A program made the position numbers and the translations under genes. Positions 35,201-44,236 of a stretch of 64,000 nt of DNA are shown piece after piece. Each line of letters begins with the position of its first letter. The stretch's first letter is position 1. The notes under the pieces were generated by a model. That model was not told where the DNA came from and did no database searches. It saw only the letters and a list, made by a program, of their open reading frames with translations. This DNA comes from an uncultured Alphaproteobacteria bacterium (GTDB taxonomy: Bacteria; Pseudomonadota; Alphaproteobacteria; RF32; CAG-239), in assembly GCA_944393715.1 (NCBI GenBank), contig CALYBB010000001.1:9609-73608 (forward strand), read 5' to 3'.

Positions 35201-36410
35201 TAACCAAAGTCTCAAGCTCTTTCATTCCCTGCCCCTGATAAGATGCCCTAATGGCCTTAACATCCGCGGTTAACTCAAACGGAAATGACGGAATAAAACC
35301 TTCTTCCTCATATTTTTCAATACTTTTTTTGATTACGGCAGCCAACGGATCTAAATCCAAGTCAGTAAAATTAAAAACTGTTTTAATTTCCGGTTCATTA
35401 ATAGCTCCCAGAGGCATTTCAAACATTCCTGCTCCCTGAGTATTACCATATTTAATCACAATATTAGATAAGTTGAGCTTCTGCGGATCAAGCGCGACAT
35501 CAAAACCCAAAGCCATCGGAATATTATATTCTGCAGGAACATGAGCTTCCTCAAAATTAGCATTAATAAAATCACTAATCTTCTGCGAATCAACAATCAC
35601 ATTGCCGTTCAAAACCTTATTAGTCAGCTGAAAACTGCCGTCAAACCTCACATAACTGTCCGATTGCGGATGAGTCACAACCGCATTTAACGTCGTAGCA
35701 AAACTCTCAGACAACTTACCGATCGACAAAGCAAAACCTTCCGGCGTAGCGCCTTTAAGATAATTTCCTTCAATACGAAACGGTCCAAAAATACTCTGAG
35801 CCAAAACTTCGCCGTTCAAATTTGTCAAATGCACACTGATGCCAGAACTCGGCGCCTCAAAATTAACAACAGCATTCCTCAACGAAACACTGTTTAGCAC
35901 CATTGGTTTATCTTCCATCATTTGCCGCTGATCAGGACTCAAATCATTTTGCCAGCTCAAACCGCCCTCGTCCCAATCAACATTAACAATCGCACCATCC
36001 AAAATCATTTTTTTAACATGGAATTCTCCGCTGAGCAACGGCATCAACGCCAGCTCCGCCACCACATTTTTAATCTCCAGCAACGGTTTTCCCGAAGCCT
36101 CGACCCCGTTATAAACCTTAGCTGCGGTCGCATTTAAATACGGCGAAGGAAATATCTTAAAGTTTAAACTTCCTTCAAAACTTACCGTCTTACCCGTTAA
36201 CTGATAAAACTGCTCGGCAATCTTATCTTTATGCTGATTCCAGTCAATCGTCGTAACATAAAAAAAACCAATACCTGCCGCAACCAGCAACAAAACAACT
36301 ATGCCCACAACAATTTTTTTCACTTTTAGCCCCGCATCAAAAAATTTCTGCTTTGCAATACCTTCAAATAACCTTTGCATTCTGACAATTCTGCCCTTAT
36401 TATAGGACAT
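32217..36410 (-). CDS. AsmA-family giant envelope protein with C-terminal coiled-coil extension
   Basis: 1397 aa. It has an N-terminal TM anchor (IVVGIVVLLLVAAGIGFFYV) followed by an AsmA-like start (DWNQHKDKIAEQFYQLTGKTVSFEGSLNFKIFPSPYL) and a long beta-rich body. The last 335 aa are heptad-like, charged and helical. Start could instead be M11 (36380). Confidence 0.8.
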   Translation of the reverse strand: MSYNKGRIVRMQRLFEGIAKQKFFDAGLKVKKIVVGIVVLLLVAAGIGFFYVTTIDWNQHKDKIAEQFYQLTGKTVSFEGSLNFKIFPSPYLNATAAKVYNGVEASGKPLLEIKNVVAELALMPLLSGEFHVKKMILDGAIVNVDWDEGGLSWQNDLSPDQRQMMEDKPMVLNSVSLRNAVVNFEAPSSGISVHLTNLNGEVLAQSIFGPFRIEGNYLKGATPEGFALSIGKLSESFATTLNAVVTHPQSDSYVRFDGSFQLTNKVLNGNVIVDSQKISDFINANFEEAHVPAEYNIPMALGFDVALDPQKLNLSNIVIKYGNTQGAGMFEMPLGAINEPEIKTVFNFTDLDLDPLAAVIKKSIEKYEEEGFIPSFPFELTADVKAIRASYQGQGMKELETLVTLADETVTVDDFKVILPGNTAVSLAGSIYPDEGELYFQADTTISANDLLKTLQWLRIEPKANAVSVYKKMLATAKIAGNFERIQISPYKITLDKSTLSGEAGIVFGDRKDFMLVVNADTINFDNYISSLPEEEKAKSWGERMAYRFGRLGFLNDFDMVLDAKADMVIYESMPFERVDFKGNILNGEMEIEYAKVEQVANTAIDVKGKIGGFGALPQMNGFQYDIKSRDTASLINKLELRVPELDYKKFNTFDMSGVINGDINNFETDMRVSLGQLTGAYKGNILRTDEETRYRGYLEFKYPDVVALLENLKTKYEPAVKNLGLLNFKANLDGSRSNMNFSELEANIGYTTVSGSGTYENVDERPNVFGSFDINKLELEKFLPRRKTASLISEQPQGEVTFLSKPFWSREPIDYSPYIYFDFKGDFKIGELSYKTYMFKDAQFGFDLVDGTATIRDFKGVYNNAPLTASASLYMREAPTVTASVGIDNAKVSDFAFGGRVYNLRGGRFSTRFDFSSKADSEQSFAENLKGKGEFDADVTEVNGVDLTAIYNDLLKRENTEGLLEQVKANIGRGTTLFDKITGRVIVDAGHFSLADAVMQNSNTEVKVYGEGDLANWDMNTVFNIRYKEPKYLPEFSFSLKNAMNNPQVDVNASSLFKLYQNREEQKEAAAAAEAAAEKNYWDELIGEQRKTADDLVSSVRERLEKDVDLKMAEAFASDSVNQYNLLKQKIANVLASLVETMDNAPKEFSENDLIARLKQANEQALKEVETLSKRKDDIYLADLKKKNSDIYGKAVELHNQIKQDVFNYNTQIDQYKERLAAIITDYVLDDDAAFLQLRQKIETEIADMESFNDQMERIHSLNQENKSIEENEKYSKEIQNIAEQLEEGRAFLTENIGALTGYVSGVVKKAEDDYQKKLEEEENQRMLEENTGSISIKKTGQTFTVTRDIEEIKNAKEEISKEGVKVLDFSREKVSRPRGESSRQENVIKKGRNNR
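36375..36403 (+). promoter_or_regulatory. Candidate sigma70 promoter for the cdd operon
   Basis: TTGCAT (36375-80), 17-nt spacer, TATTAT (36398-403). It lies inside the first codons of the divergent AsmA-like ORF, and only 32 bp separate the two annotated start codons. Confidence 0.45.
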
Positions 36411-36442
36411 AAAATTAAAAAAACATTTAATTTAACAAGGTT

Positions 36443-36838
36443 ATGGACATGAATAATCCGTCAAAATTATTGACCCTGGCCCATGAGGCGGCAGCAAACG
36501 CTTATGCGCCTTATTCCCATTTTCAAGTCGGCGCCGCCATCTTGAGCGATTCCGGAAAATATTATAGCGGATGTAATGTCGAAAATATTTCTTTCCCCAC
36601 AGGTTCTTGTGCCGAACAAAGCGCTGTCTCAGCCATGATTTGTGGCGGCGATATTTGTATTGCCGAAATATTGATCTATGCCGATTCCAAAAAATTGATA
36701 ACGCCTTGCGGCGCTTGTCTCCAGCGCATTGCCGAATTTTCAACACCCAAAACCCTCATTCATCTGGCAAATACCGCCGGTATTAAGGAGACCTTATCAA
36801 TCAACGATCTTTTGCCTCATTGCTTTAAGGAGTTTTGA
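36443..36838 (+). CDS. cdd: Cytidine deaminase
   Basis: 131 aa with zinc motifs CAEQSA and PCGACLQ. Start may be the second ATG at 36449. Confidence 0.93.
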   Translation: MDMNNPSKLLTLAHEAAANAYAPYSHFQVGAAILSDSGKYYSGCNVENISFPTGSCAEQSAVSAMICGGDICIAEILIYADSKKLITPCGACLQRIAEFSTPKTLIHLANTAGIKETLSINDLLPHCFKEF

Positions 36839-36839
36839 C

Positions 36840-37655
36840 ATGCCCCATCCGAGCCTCTATTTTGCCAAACAAATTTCCGAACAATTGCAAGGATTTCAGC
36901 CTGAAATTGCTCTAATCCTCGGATCTGGCCTCGGCCGCATCGCCAATCTCATTAAAACACCGCACATTGTCAAATACGCCGATATAAAAGGATTTCCGCA
37001 AAGTTCTGTGGCTGGACACTCGGGCAGATTCGTCGCCGGCATGCTTAATGGAAAAAAAATTCTGTGCATGCAGGGACGCATCCATCTTTATGAAGGTTGC
37101 GCGCCGCAAACCATCCGCGATATTATTCATTCTTTCAAACACCTTGGCATATCAAAGTTAATCGTAACCAACGCTGCCGGTTCGCTCAATCCGAAGCTGC
37201 CCTCCGGTTCAATTATGCTGATTGATGACCATATCAATCTAAGCTTTACCAATCCGCTTATCGGCTCTAATGATGACGACATCGGACCACGATTTCCGGA
37301 TATGAGCAATGCTTATGACCGCGATTTACGCGCTTTAGCCGCCCAAACGGCAAAAGAATTAAATATCCCCCTAAACCGAGGCGTTTATCTAATGGTTTCC
37401 GGTCCTAATTTTGAAACGGCAGCCGAGGTCAAGGCTTTTGGTCTCTTAGGCGGCGATGCCGTCGGCATGTCGACCGTTCCTGAGGTCATTGCCGCTAACC
37501 ATGCCCAGATCTCCGTCTTGGGTTTTTCGGTCATAACCAACATGGGAACCGGTCTACAGCAACAAACACAATCCCACGCGGAAACACTAAGCGCCGCCGA
37601 CCATGCCTCTGAAAAACTTGCCAAACTCCTGCCGTGCATTATTGAAAGGCTGTAA
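36840..37655 (+). CDS. punA: Purine nucleoside phosphorylase (trimeric PunA/PNP-I type)
   Basis: ORF trimmed from 36729 to MPHPSLYF (ATG at 36840, 1 nt after the cdd stop). Motifs LILGSGLG, GHSGRFVAG...MQGRIHLYEG and MSTVPEV. Confidence 0.92.
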   Translation: MPHPSLYFAKQISEQLQGFQPEIALILGSGLGRIANLIKTPHIVKYADIKGFPQSSVAGHSGRFVAGMLNGKKILCMQGRIHLYEGCAPQTIRDIIHSFKHLGISKLIVTNAAGSLNPKLPSGSIMLIDDHINLSFTNPLIGSNDDDIGPRFPDMSNAYDRDLRALAAQTAKELNIPLNRGVYLMVSGPNFETAAEVKAFGLLGGDAVGMSTVPEVIAANHAQISVLGFSVITNMGTGLQQQTQSHAETLSAADHASEKLAKLLPCIIERL

Positions 37656-37656
37656 A

Positions 37657-38388
37657 ATGGATGACGTTTCTGCTGCTAAAACACTAATTGCTTCACTGGA
37701 TCTAACATCACTCAATATTGACGACACCGATGAAACCATTCGCGCGCTTTGTACCAAAAGCGCCACAGCGGTCGGACAAGTTGCCGCCGTCTGTATTTAC
37801 CCGCGTTTTATTCCTCTGGCAAAGACACTGTTGCCGCCAAAAGTCAAAATTGCAACAGTTGTTAATTTTCCGTCCGGACTAGCCGACATCGGCCTTCTAG
37901 AAAAAGAGATCCTCAATGCCGTCAAACTTGGCGCCGATGAAATAGACGTCGTTTTTCCCTACCGGACTTTTTTAAGCGGCGATATAGAATTTTGCACTAA
38001 ATATCTAACCGCGGCACGACAGCATTGCGGCAAAAAAGTTCTCAAAGCCATCATTGAAACCGGCGAATTAAAGACCGTTGCTCCCATTAAAAAAGCTTCC
38101 GAACTCTGCATCAGTGCCAACATTGATTTTATCAAAACTTCAACCGGCAAAACTTCTGTTTCCGCCACACCGGAAGCGGCCAATATTATCCTTGAGACCA
38201 TAAAACAAAGCGGAAAACCTGTCGGTTTTAAAGCTTCTGGGGGCATAAAAACTTTTGAAGACGCAAAAAAATATTTAATTTTGGCACTGTCAATCATGGG
38301 ACCAAACTGGCCGCAAACAAACCGCTTTCGCATCGGCGCCAGTTCTTTGCTGACAAATTTGCTTGAAATCATCAAAAGAGGATATTAA
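37657..38388 (+). CDS. deoC: Deoxyribose-phosphate aldolase
   Basis: Trimmed to MDDVSAAKTL (ATG at 37657, 1 nt after the punA stop). The Schiff-base lysine context FIKTSTGK is present. Confidence 0.93.
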   Translation: MDDVSAAKTLIASLDLTSLNIDDTDETIRALCTKSATAVGQVAAVCIYPRFIPLAKTLLPPKVKIATVVNFPSGLADIGLLEKEILNAVKLGADEIDVVFPYRTFLSGDIEFCTKYLTAARQHCGKKVLKAIIETGELKTVAPIKKASELCISANIDFIKTSTGKTSVSATPEAANIILETIKQSGKPVGFKASGGIKTFEDAKKYLILALSIMGPNWPQTNRFRIGASSLLTNLLEIIKRGY

Positions 38389-38390
38389 TC

Positions 38391-39701
38391 ATGCTGCCAC
38401 AAGAAATTATCCGCAAAAAACGCGATCACCACACGTTAACAACCGATGAAATCAACGAATTCATCAAAGGCGTTACCGACGGTTCAATTATTGACGCGCA
38501 AATTGCCGCTTTAACCATGGCCATATTCTTAAACGGTATGACCAAAGCCGAAACCACCGCCCTGACTTTGGCCATGCGTGATTCCGGAAACATTTTGCCT
38601 TGGCCGGAACTCAGTGGTCCGGTCATTGACAAACATTCTTCTGGCGGCGTCGGAGACAAAATCAGCCTGATGTTGGCACCGATGATCGCTGCCTGCGGTG
38701 GATTCGTTCCGATGATTTCCGGCCGTGGTCTCGGACATACCGGCGGCACACTCGACAAATTCGATTCCATCCCCGGCTACCGAACCGCACCGTCAGATGA
38801 TCTCTTTCGCCGCACGGTTAAAGAGGTCGGCTGCGCCATTATCGGCCAAACCGGCAGTCTGGCTCCCGCAGACAAAAGGATCTATGCCGTTCGCGATGTC
38901 TGCGGTACGGTTGAATCCATTGACCTGATAACCGCATCAATCCTATCAAAAAAACTAGCTGCTGGACTGGATTGTTTGATCATGGATCTAAAATGCGGCA
39001 ACGGTGCCTTCATGAATTCGCTTGATCGCGCCGTCGAGCTGGCCTCTTCAATTGTCGGCGTTGCCAACGCCGCCGGCACCAAAACCAAAGCCGTTATTAC
39101 CGACATGAATCAGGTCTTGGGCAGCACTGTCGGCAATGCGCTTGAAGTTGCCGAAGCCGTCGCTTACCTAAAAGGCGAAAACCGTGATCCCCGCCTACAC
39201 CAAATTACTCTTGAACTCTGCACCGAATTGCTGCTCATTTCTGGTCTTGAAAACTCTCTTGACAAAGCAAAGACCAAATTGCAAAAAATTCTTGATAATG
39301 GTCTGGCTTTGGAAAAATTTGCCGCCATGGTAACCGCTCTCGGCGGTCCGGCGGATTTCTGCGAACATCCAGCTCATTATCTGCCACAAGCAGCTGTCAT
39401 CCGCCCCGTATTTGCCAAAACAACCGGATATATCAGTGCCATGGATACCCGCGGTATCGGCCTGAGTATTATTGAAATGAAAGGTGGTCGGACAACACCT
39501 CAGCAGTCATTAGATTACGCTACCGGATATTCGAATTTTTGCCAAATCGGCGATTTCGTCGATGCTCGCACGCCGCTGGCTGTTATTCATGCCCAAACAG
39601 AAGAACAATTCGCACAAGCCGCAGCCACATTGCAATCGCTGATAACCATTTCAGAAACAAAACCTGCACCCTTGCCTTGCATCATCCGAAAAATTGACTG
39701 A
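38391..39701 (+). CDS. deoA: Thymidine (pyrimidine-nucleoside) phosphorylase
   Basis: 436 aa with motifs DKHSSGGVGDK and SGRGLGHTGGTLDK. Confidence 0.95.
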   Translation: MLPQEIIRKKRDHHTLTTDEINEFIKGVTDGSIIDAQIAALTMAIFLNGMTKAETTALTLAMRDSGNILPWPELSGPVIDKHSSGGVGDKISLMLAPMIAACGGFVPMISGRGLGHTGGTLDKFDSIPGYRTAPSDDLFRRTVKEVGCAIIGQTGSLAPADKRIYAVRDVCGTVESIDLITASILSKKLAAGLDCLIMDLKCGNGAFMNSLDRAVELASSIVGVANAAGTKTKAVITDMNQVLGSTVGNALEVAEAVAYLKGENRDPRLHQITLELCTELLLISGLENSLDKAKTKLQKILDNGLALEKFAAMVTALGGPADFCEHPAHYLPQAAVIRPVFAKTTGYISAMDTRGIGLSIIEMKGGRTTPQQSLDYATGYSNFCQIGDFVDARTPLAVIHAQTEEQFAQAAATLQSLITISETKPAPLPCIIRKID

Positions 39702-39716
39702 CTTTCATCCTTCAAA

Positions 39717-41033
39717 CTAGGGCAGCAACGGCGACCAAGCCGGATCAGAAGCATCTGCCGGCGTAATAATCTGCCGTTCATTATACCCCGTCAAATCAAT
39801 TGAATACAGCTTAACCGGCGCCGATGTATGTCCTCTCGGCTTATCCTGACGAAAATACATCAAGACCCTGCCGTTAGGCGACCATGTCGGCCCCTCGACC
39901 AAATACCCCGAGGCCAAAAGTCTCTCGCCGGAACCATCCGGATACATCACACCGATATAAAACTCGCCGTTAGCCATTTTGGTAAAAGCAATATAATCCC
40001 CCCGCGGCGACCATACCGGCGTCGCATAACGACCATTGCCGAAACTGATACGTTTGACGTCAGATCCGTCGGCATTCATCACATATAACTGCTGATTGCC
40101 GCCACGATCCGAATTAAACACGATCTGACTGCCGTCCGGCGAATAACTCGGACTGGTATCAATCGCACTGCTGTACGTCAGCCGCCGGCTTTTACGGGTT
40201 TTCAAATCCATTTCATAAATATTGGTTTTACCACCCGAAGCAAACGAAAGCAACACTTTTGAACTATCCGGCGAAAACCGCGGCGCAAAAGTCATCCCCG
40301 GAAAATTTCCGAGCAATAGCTGTTCGCCCGTTTCAATATCCAAAATATAAACCCGCGGTGTATTTCCGGCATACGACATATAAGTAATTTTCTGCAGATT
40401 CGGCGAAAACCTCGGTGTCAATGCCATGGCCGCACCGTTTGTCAGGAACTTATGGTTTTCACCGTCCTGATCCATAATTGCCAGCCTTTTGATTCTTCTG
40501 GTCGCTGGCCCCGATTCCGAGACATAAACAATTCTGGTGTCAAAATAACCTTTTTCACCGGTCAAACGTTCATAAATAGCGTCGGCAATAACATGTGCCA
40601 CCCGCCGCCAGTTATCCCTTGTTGTTGTATAAGACTGCCCTTCCATCTGGCTCTCGGTATAAACGTCCCACAAACGAAAAGAAACCTTAAGATTATTGTT
40701 ATCAATTTCTTGTATTTCGCTCTGCACCAAGGCCTGCGCCTGAATCGCCTTCCAATCCGTCCACGAAGGCTCTTCCTCCATTGACGAAAATTCCTGAATA
40801 TAGCTATCCGAATCAATAACCTCAAATAATCCGGAGCGCTCCAAATCCGCGGCAATAACTTCTCTTATTTTATTTCCTTGCTGGCCGATAAAAAAACCGT
40901 CATGGACCATCTCCGGCAAAGCAATCGGCATCGGGTCTCTCATTGCCCCGCTGACATCAATCGCCAACTCTGCCCTCGCAGACAAACTTACAAATACACT
41001 CAAAAAACAAACAATCAGCAATTTCATTTTCAT
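39717..41033 (-). CDS. tolB: Tol-Pal system beta-propeller protein TolB
   Basis: Signal peptide [21 protein letters not shown]. Repeated (W)SPDG-like blades ([36 protein letters not shown]). Confidence 0.94.
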   Translation of the reverse strand: MKMKLLIVCFLSVFVSLSARAELAIDVSGAMRDPMPIALPEMVHDGFFIGQQGNKIREVIAADLERSGLFEVIDSDSYIQEFSSMEEEPSWTDWKAIQAQALVQSEIQEIDNNNLKVSFRLWDVYTESQMEGQSYTTTRDNWRRVAHVIADAIYERLTGEKGYFDTRIVYVSESGPATRRIKRLAIMDQDGENHKFLTNGAAMALTPRFSPNLQKITYMSYAGNTPRVYILDIETGEQLLLGNFPGMTFAPRFSPDSSKVLLSFASGGKTNIYEMDLKTRKSRRLTYSSAIDTSPSYSPDGSQIVFNSDRGGNQQLYVMNADGSDVKRISFGNGRYATPVWSPRGDYIAFTKMANGEFYIGVMYPDGSGERLLASGYLVEGPTWSPNGRVLMYFRQDKPRGHTSAPVKLYSIDLTGYNERQIITPADASDPAWSPLLP

Positions 41034-41155
41034 TATTTCGTTTCCTCAAACCAAAACAACCTTCCCCGATACTAATATCTTTTTATTAAAAATCAATTAG
41101 CGAGCAACAAAAAAACACCTCTTGACAAACGATGCCTTTTTCCTAAAGTAATTCT

Positions 41156-41614
41156 ATGGACATAAAAGAATTCAAATCGAAACTTCAACCCCAAAAAAGC
41201 ATTCTCGCTTTTGATTACGGCGAAAAGCGTCTAGGCATTGCCGTTTCAGACCTCCTGTTGATGACGGCCAATCCGGTCAAAATCATCCGTCGCAACACGC
41301 TCAAAAATGACATTGACGAAATCCGCCGAATTGTCAAAGAGCGAAAAGTCGGAGCATTTGTTTATGGTCTCCCCCTGCAAATGGACGGCACAGAAGGTGA
41401 AACCGCCAAGGCTGTTCGCCAATTTGCGGCTAACATAAAAAAAGAAATTGATTTGCCCAGCCTGTTTTGGGACGAACGTTTATCCTCAAAGGCCGTAGAA
41501 ACTTTTTTGATTAAAGAGGTCGACCTGTCGCGAAACCGACGCAAACAAGTCCTTGATGCCTCAGCTGCCGCCTATATTCTGCAGGGTGTGCTGGATTCGC
41601 TCCGATATTTATGA
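41156..41614 (+). CDS. ruvX: Putative pre-16S rRNA nuclease / Holliday-junction resolvase-like YqgF
   Basis: 152 aa; AFDYGEKRLGIAVSD and C-terminal AAAYILQGVLD are typical of YqgF. Confidence 0.9.
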   Translation: MDIKEFKSKLQPQKSILAFDYGEKRLGIAVSDLLLMTANPVKIIRRNTLKNDIDEIRRIVKERKVGAFVYGLPLQMDGTEGETAKAVRQFAANIKKEIDLPSLFWDERLSSKAVETFLIKEVDLSRNRRKQVLDASAAAYILQGVLDSLRYL

Positions 41615-42306
41615 GCCGCGGCTCGCAAAACCCGCCAAAATTTTTCATCTTCAAACAATGCGTCATCTGCCCGTCCGGGATTGGCATCCAATGCCCAAAC
41701 ATCACTGACTTCCGGAACTTTTTCCGGCAAAAATCGCCGGCAAAAAGCAAGTGCTGCCGCACCTAAATCTCTTGTATCATAGCCGATAATACCAAGAAGC
41801 TCTGCCGGATCATTCTCTTCCCACCCGACAGCATCATTCAAATCTGGCCACAAACCGATTCCTTCTGCCGCCAATTCTTTCCAAAAAAAGGCCTTTCCGG
41901 GATCCGCCTTACGGCTGGGAGCCATATCCGAATGTCCGACAATATTCTCCGGCTTAATCCGGTACCTGTGCAAAATATCTTTAAGCAACTTTTTTAAGGC
42001 TTCTTTCTGTACTGATCCGAAATCCGTTTGTCCCAAAGTAGAATTAGCCAACTCAATACCGATGGAACAGGAATTAATATCTCCGGTAATTGCACGCCAC
42101 TGCCCTTTCCCCGCATGCCATGCGCGTTTGCTCTCCTCAACCAGCCGCCAAACATCGCCGCCGCTGCCTATAAAATAATGGCAGCTCACTTCTCGGGCTT
42201 CATACAAGCGCAAAGCCTCATCAATCTCAAACGCCGTCGAATGCAGCACAATCATCTCAACATTGGCGCGGCGCTCATCAAAAAACGGCAGCAATTTTTG
42301 CTTCAT
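41572..42306 (-). CDS. ampD: N-acetylmuramoyl-L-alanine amidase (AmpD / amidase_2 family)
   Basis: 244 aa; IVLHSTA, AWHAGKGQW and GIELAN are amidase_2 motifs. ATGA overlap with the upstream djlA-like stop. The 3' end overlaps ruvX by 43 nt. Confidence 0.85.
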   Translation of the reverse strand: MKQKLLPFFDERRANVEMIVLHSTAFEIDEALRLYEAREVSCHYFIGSGGDVWRLVEESKRAWHAGKGQWRAITGDINSCSIGIELANSTLGQTDFGSVQKEALKKLLKDILHRYRIKPENIVGHSDMAPSRKADPGKAFFWKELAAEGIGLWPDLNDAVGWEENDPAELLGIIGYDTRDLGAAALAFCRRFLPEKVPEVSDVWALDANPGRADDALFEDEKFWRVLRAAAHKYRSESSTPCRI

Positions 42307-43463
42307 CTCTTGCTCTTTATTTTAACAATTTCTTGATACGCCAAATTAATCTCCGTCATTTTTGCCGTAGCGGCTTCCCTTTCTTTCGGCGAAGCATCAA
42401 CCAACTTATCTGGGTGGTGAAGCACAATCAACTTTTTCCATTTGGTTTTGATTTCAGCCAAATCCGCATCCTGCGGCACCCCGAGAACCTCATAACAATG
42501 TGCCAACTTCGGACTAATCGGTTTAGGTGTAAAGATTCTTCTCAGCTTAACAAAAACTTTTTGATCCAAATTAATAATATCGGCTGTTTGCTCTAATATC
42601 TTCATCTGTTTGGTGCTGATTTTGGCATTCGCCGCTGCAATTTTAAACAAATTTTCCAATGAACTTTCTTTCAAATCATCATTAAAGCGCGTCAATTCCT
42701 CTAACCTGCCGGCATAAGTGGCAGCATCTCTCAAATGCCGCCGCGGCGTTTCAAATATCTCTGCAACCAACGACTTTTGCCTTGGCTTAACCGCAAACAA
42801 CTGCGCAAAAACCTCCCTTTCTCTAGCGCTGACTTTGCCATCCGCTTCAGCCAATAACGCCGCCAACGCAGCCATCGTTTCAAGATACCGGCGATGCTCG
42901 CCACCGATGGCATGTCGCCAAAGTTTCAAAGGATTAATTTTTTGCCAATACCCGCTCAAAGATTGAAAAGGAATAAGTCTGGCTCCCTCAAGCCTTTGAT
43001 AATCAACCACAAATCCGATAACGACGCCCAAGCATAAAATAACGGGACTCCTAAAAACAATACCCAAAATCAAACCTAAAATTGCTCCCCAGTGGTTATC
43101 AAAAAAGTGATCTGTTTCCTTTTTTATCCGCCTGATCTCAAGATTCCGCGGCATATCAAAAACCACCTGACCAACAATAAACAATAAAATAAAACCGGAC
43201 AGTCCAAACAACACCGCACCCAAAACTGCCCCCCATATTTTACCCCATATATTGCCGTCAAGCCGGTTATAATAGCGATAATACTTATACGGTAGCTTCA
43301 CACGAATAACATCATCAATCTGATTTAGTTTTTCTTCAATTCGGCGAATAATGAGTGTTTTATCAACCAACATATGCCCAAAGAACAAACCGAGAAGCAA
43401 CCCGTTTAACCCCAAAAAGCGAACCCCGATTAAAGCCAAAGTTAATTTACCTAGAGGAGACAT
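42303..43463 (-). CDS. djlA: DnaJ-domain membrane co-chaperone (DjlA-like, with TerB-like middle domain)
   Basis: C-terminal J domain (CYEVLGVPQDADLAEIKTKWKKLIVLHHPDK). The middle region ALAALLAEADGKVSAREREVFAQLF is TerB-like, and the N-terminal ~170 aa contain several TM segments. Trimmed from TTG 43487 to ATG 43463, which has an AGGA RBS. Confidence 0.8.
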   Translation of the reverse strand: MSPLGKLTLALIGVRFLGLNGLLLGLFFGHMLVDKTLIIRRIEEKLNQIDDVIRVKLPYKYYRYYNRLDGNIWGKIWGAVLGAVLFGLSGFILLFIVGQVVFDMPRNLEIRRIKKETDHFFDNHWGAILGLILGIVFRSPVILCLGVVIGFVVDYQRLEGARLIPFQSLSGYWQKINPLKLWRHAIGGEHRRYLETMAALAALLAEADGKVSAREREVFAQLFAVKPRQKSLVAEIFETPRRHLRDAATYAGRLEELTRFNDDLKESSLENLFKIAAANAKISTKQMKILEQTADIINLDQKVFVKLRRIFTPKPISPKLAHCYEVLGVPQDADLAEIKTKWKKLIVLHHPDKLVDASPKEREAATAKMTEINLAYQEIVKIKSKR

Positions 43464-43476
43464 GGTATCAGTCCTT

Positions 43477-44235
43477 TCATAAAACAATAGCGGAAAGTTC
43501 CGTCGGAAAACATTTCAGACGTTGAACAAGCCCTTGATGCGTAAACCGCCGAAAGCTATAGTACTGTTCTTTCAATGCATAAGTATCTTTGCCGGATACA
43601 CTGACATTGCAGATGCCGCAGCCCCTTAACCGATCGGCACAAAAACGCTCCAAATCAAATTGATAAAAGCCTTTTTTGCGGCCGGAGGTAAAATAGCTGG
43701 CAAATTTGGCATCTCTGTCCATCCACTGCCGATAAAATGACTCATCAACCTCATACGATAACACCCCGATACACGGTCCAACTGCTGCGGCAATATTCTC
43801 CCGTCTGGCGCCCCGCGCAACCATCATTCCGACGACATTTTCGATAATTCCTTTAAAAGCGCCACGCCAACCGGCATGAGCCGCACCGACAACGCCAGCA
43901 TTCCTGTCTTCCAACAAAACTGGTGCGCAATCAGCCGTTCGAATACAGAGAATAACATTTTTTTTATCGGTTACCAAACCATCCGCCGTTAAAACATCTC
44001 GGCTGGCTGCCGTAACATAAACGGCATCAGCGCTTACACCCTGATTTAGCAACACCATATCTTCCTTCTTCAGCCCGAAATAAGCCGCAGCCTTATCCAA
44101 ATTGGCATCCAAACAGCACACATCATCATCGCTTTTGGTATTAACGTTCAGTCCGGCATAAAAACCTTTGGAAAAACCACCCTCCGAACCAAAAAAACAA
44201 TGCTTGCCCTGTTTCAAATTATCGGCCGTCCACAT
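43477..44235 (-). CDS. pgeF: DUF152 / YfiH (PgeF) family protein
   Basis: Trimmed to MWTADNLKQ (ATG at 44235, 1 nt after the deoB stop). Family motifs TADCAPVLL and AHAGWRG. Confidence 0.88.
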   Translation of the reverse strand: MWTADNLKQGKHCFFGSEGGFSKGFYAGLNVNTKSDDDVCCLDANLDKAAAYFGLKKEDMVLLNQGVSADAVYVTAASRDVLTADGLVTDKKNVILCIRTADCAPVLLEDRNAGVVGAAHAGWRGAFKGIIENVVGMMVARGARRENIAAAVGPCIGVLSYEVDESFYRQWMDRDAKFASYFTSGRKKGFYQFDLERFCADRLRGCGICNVSVSGKDTYALKEQYYSFRRFTHQGLVQRLKCFPTELSAIVL

Positions 44236-44236
44236 C

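Noticed and set aside
36729-36839. N-terminal extensions offered by the ORF track. Examples are punA from 36729, deoC from 37603, pntB from 60335, ftsH to 7722, SNase to 14397, pgeF to 44364, pyk to 46918, grpE to 48006 and addB from 51402.
   Set aside because: The extensions overlap the preceding gene or lack homology. The trimmed starts restore canonical N-termini and give RBS-like sequences or ATGA/TAATG coupling.
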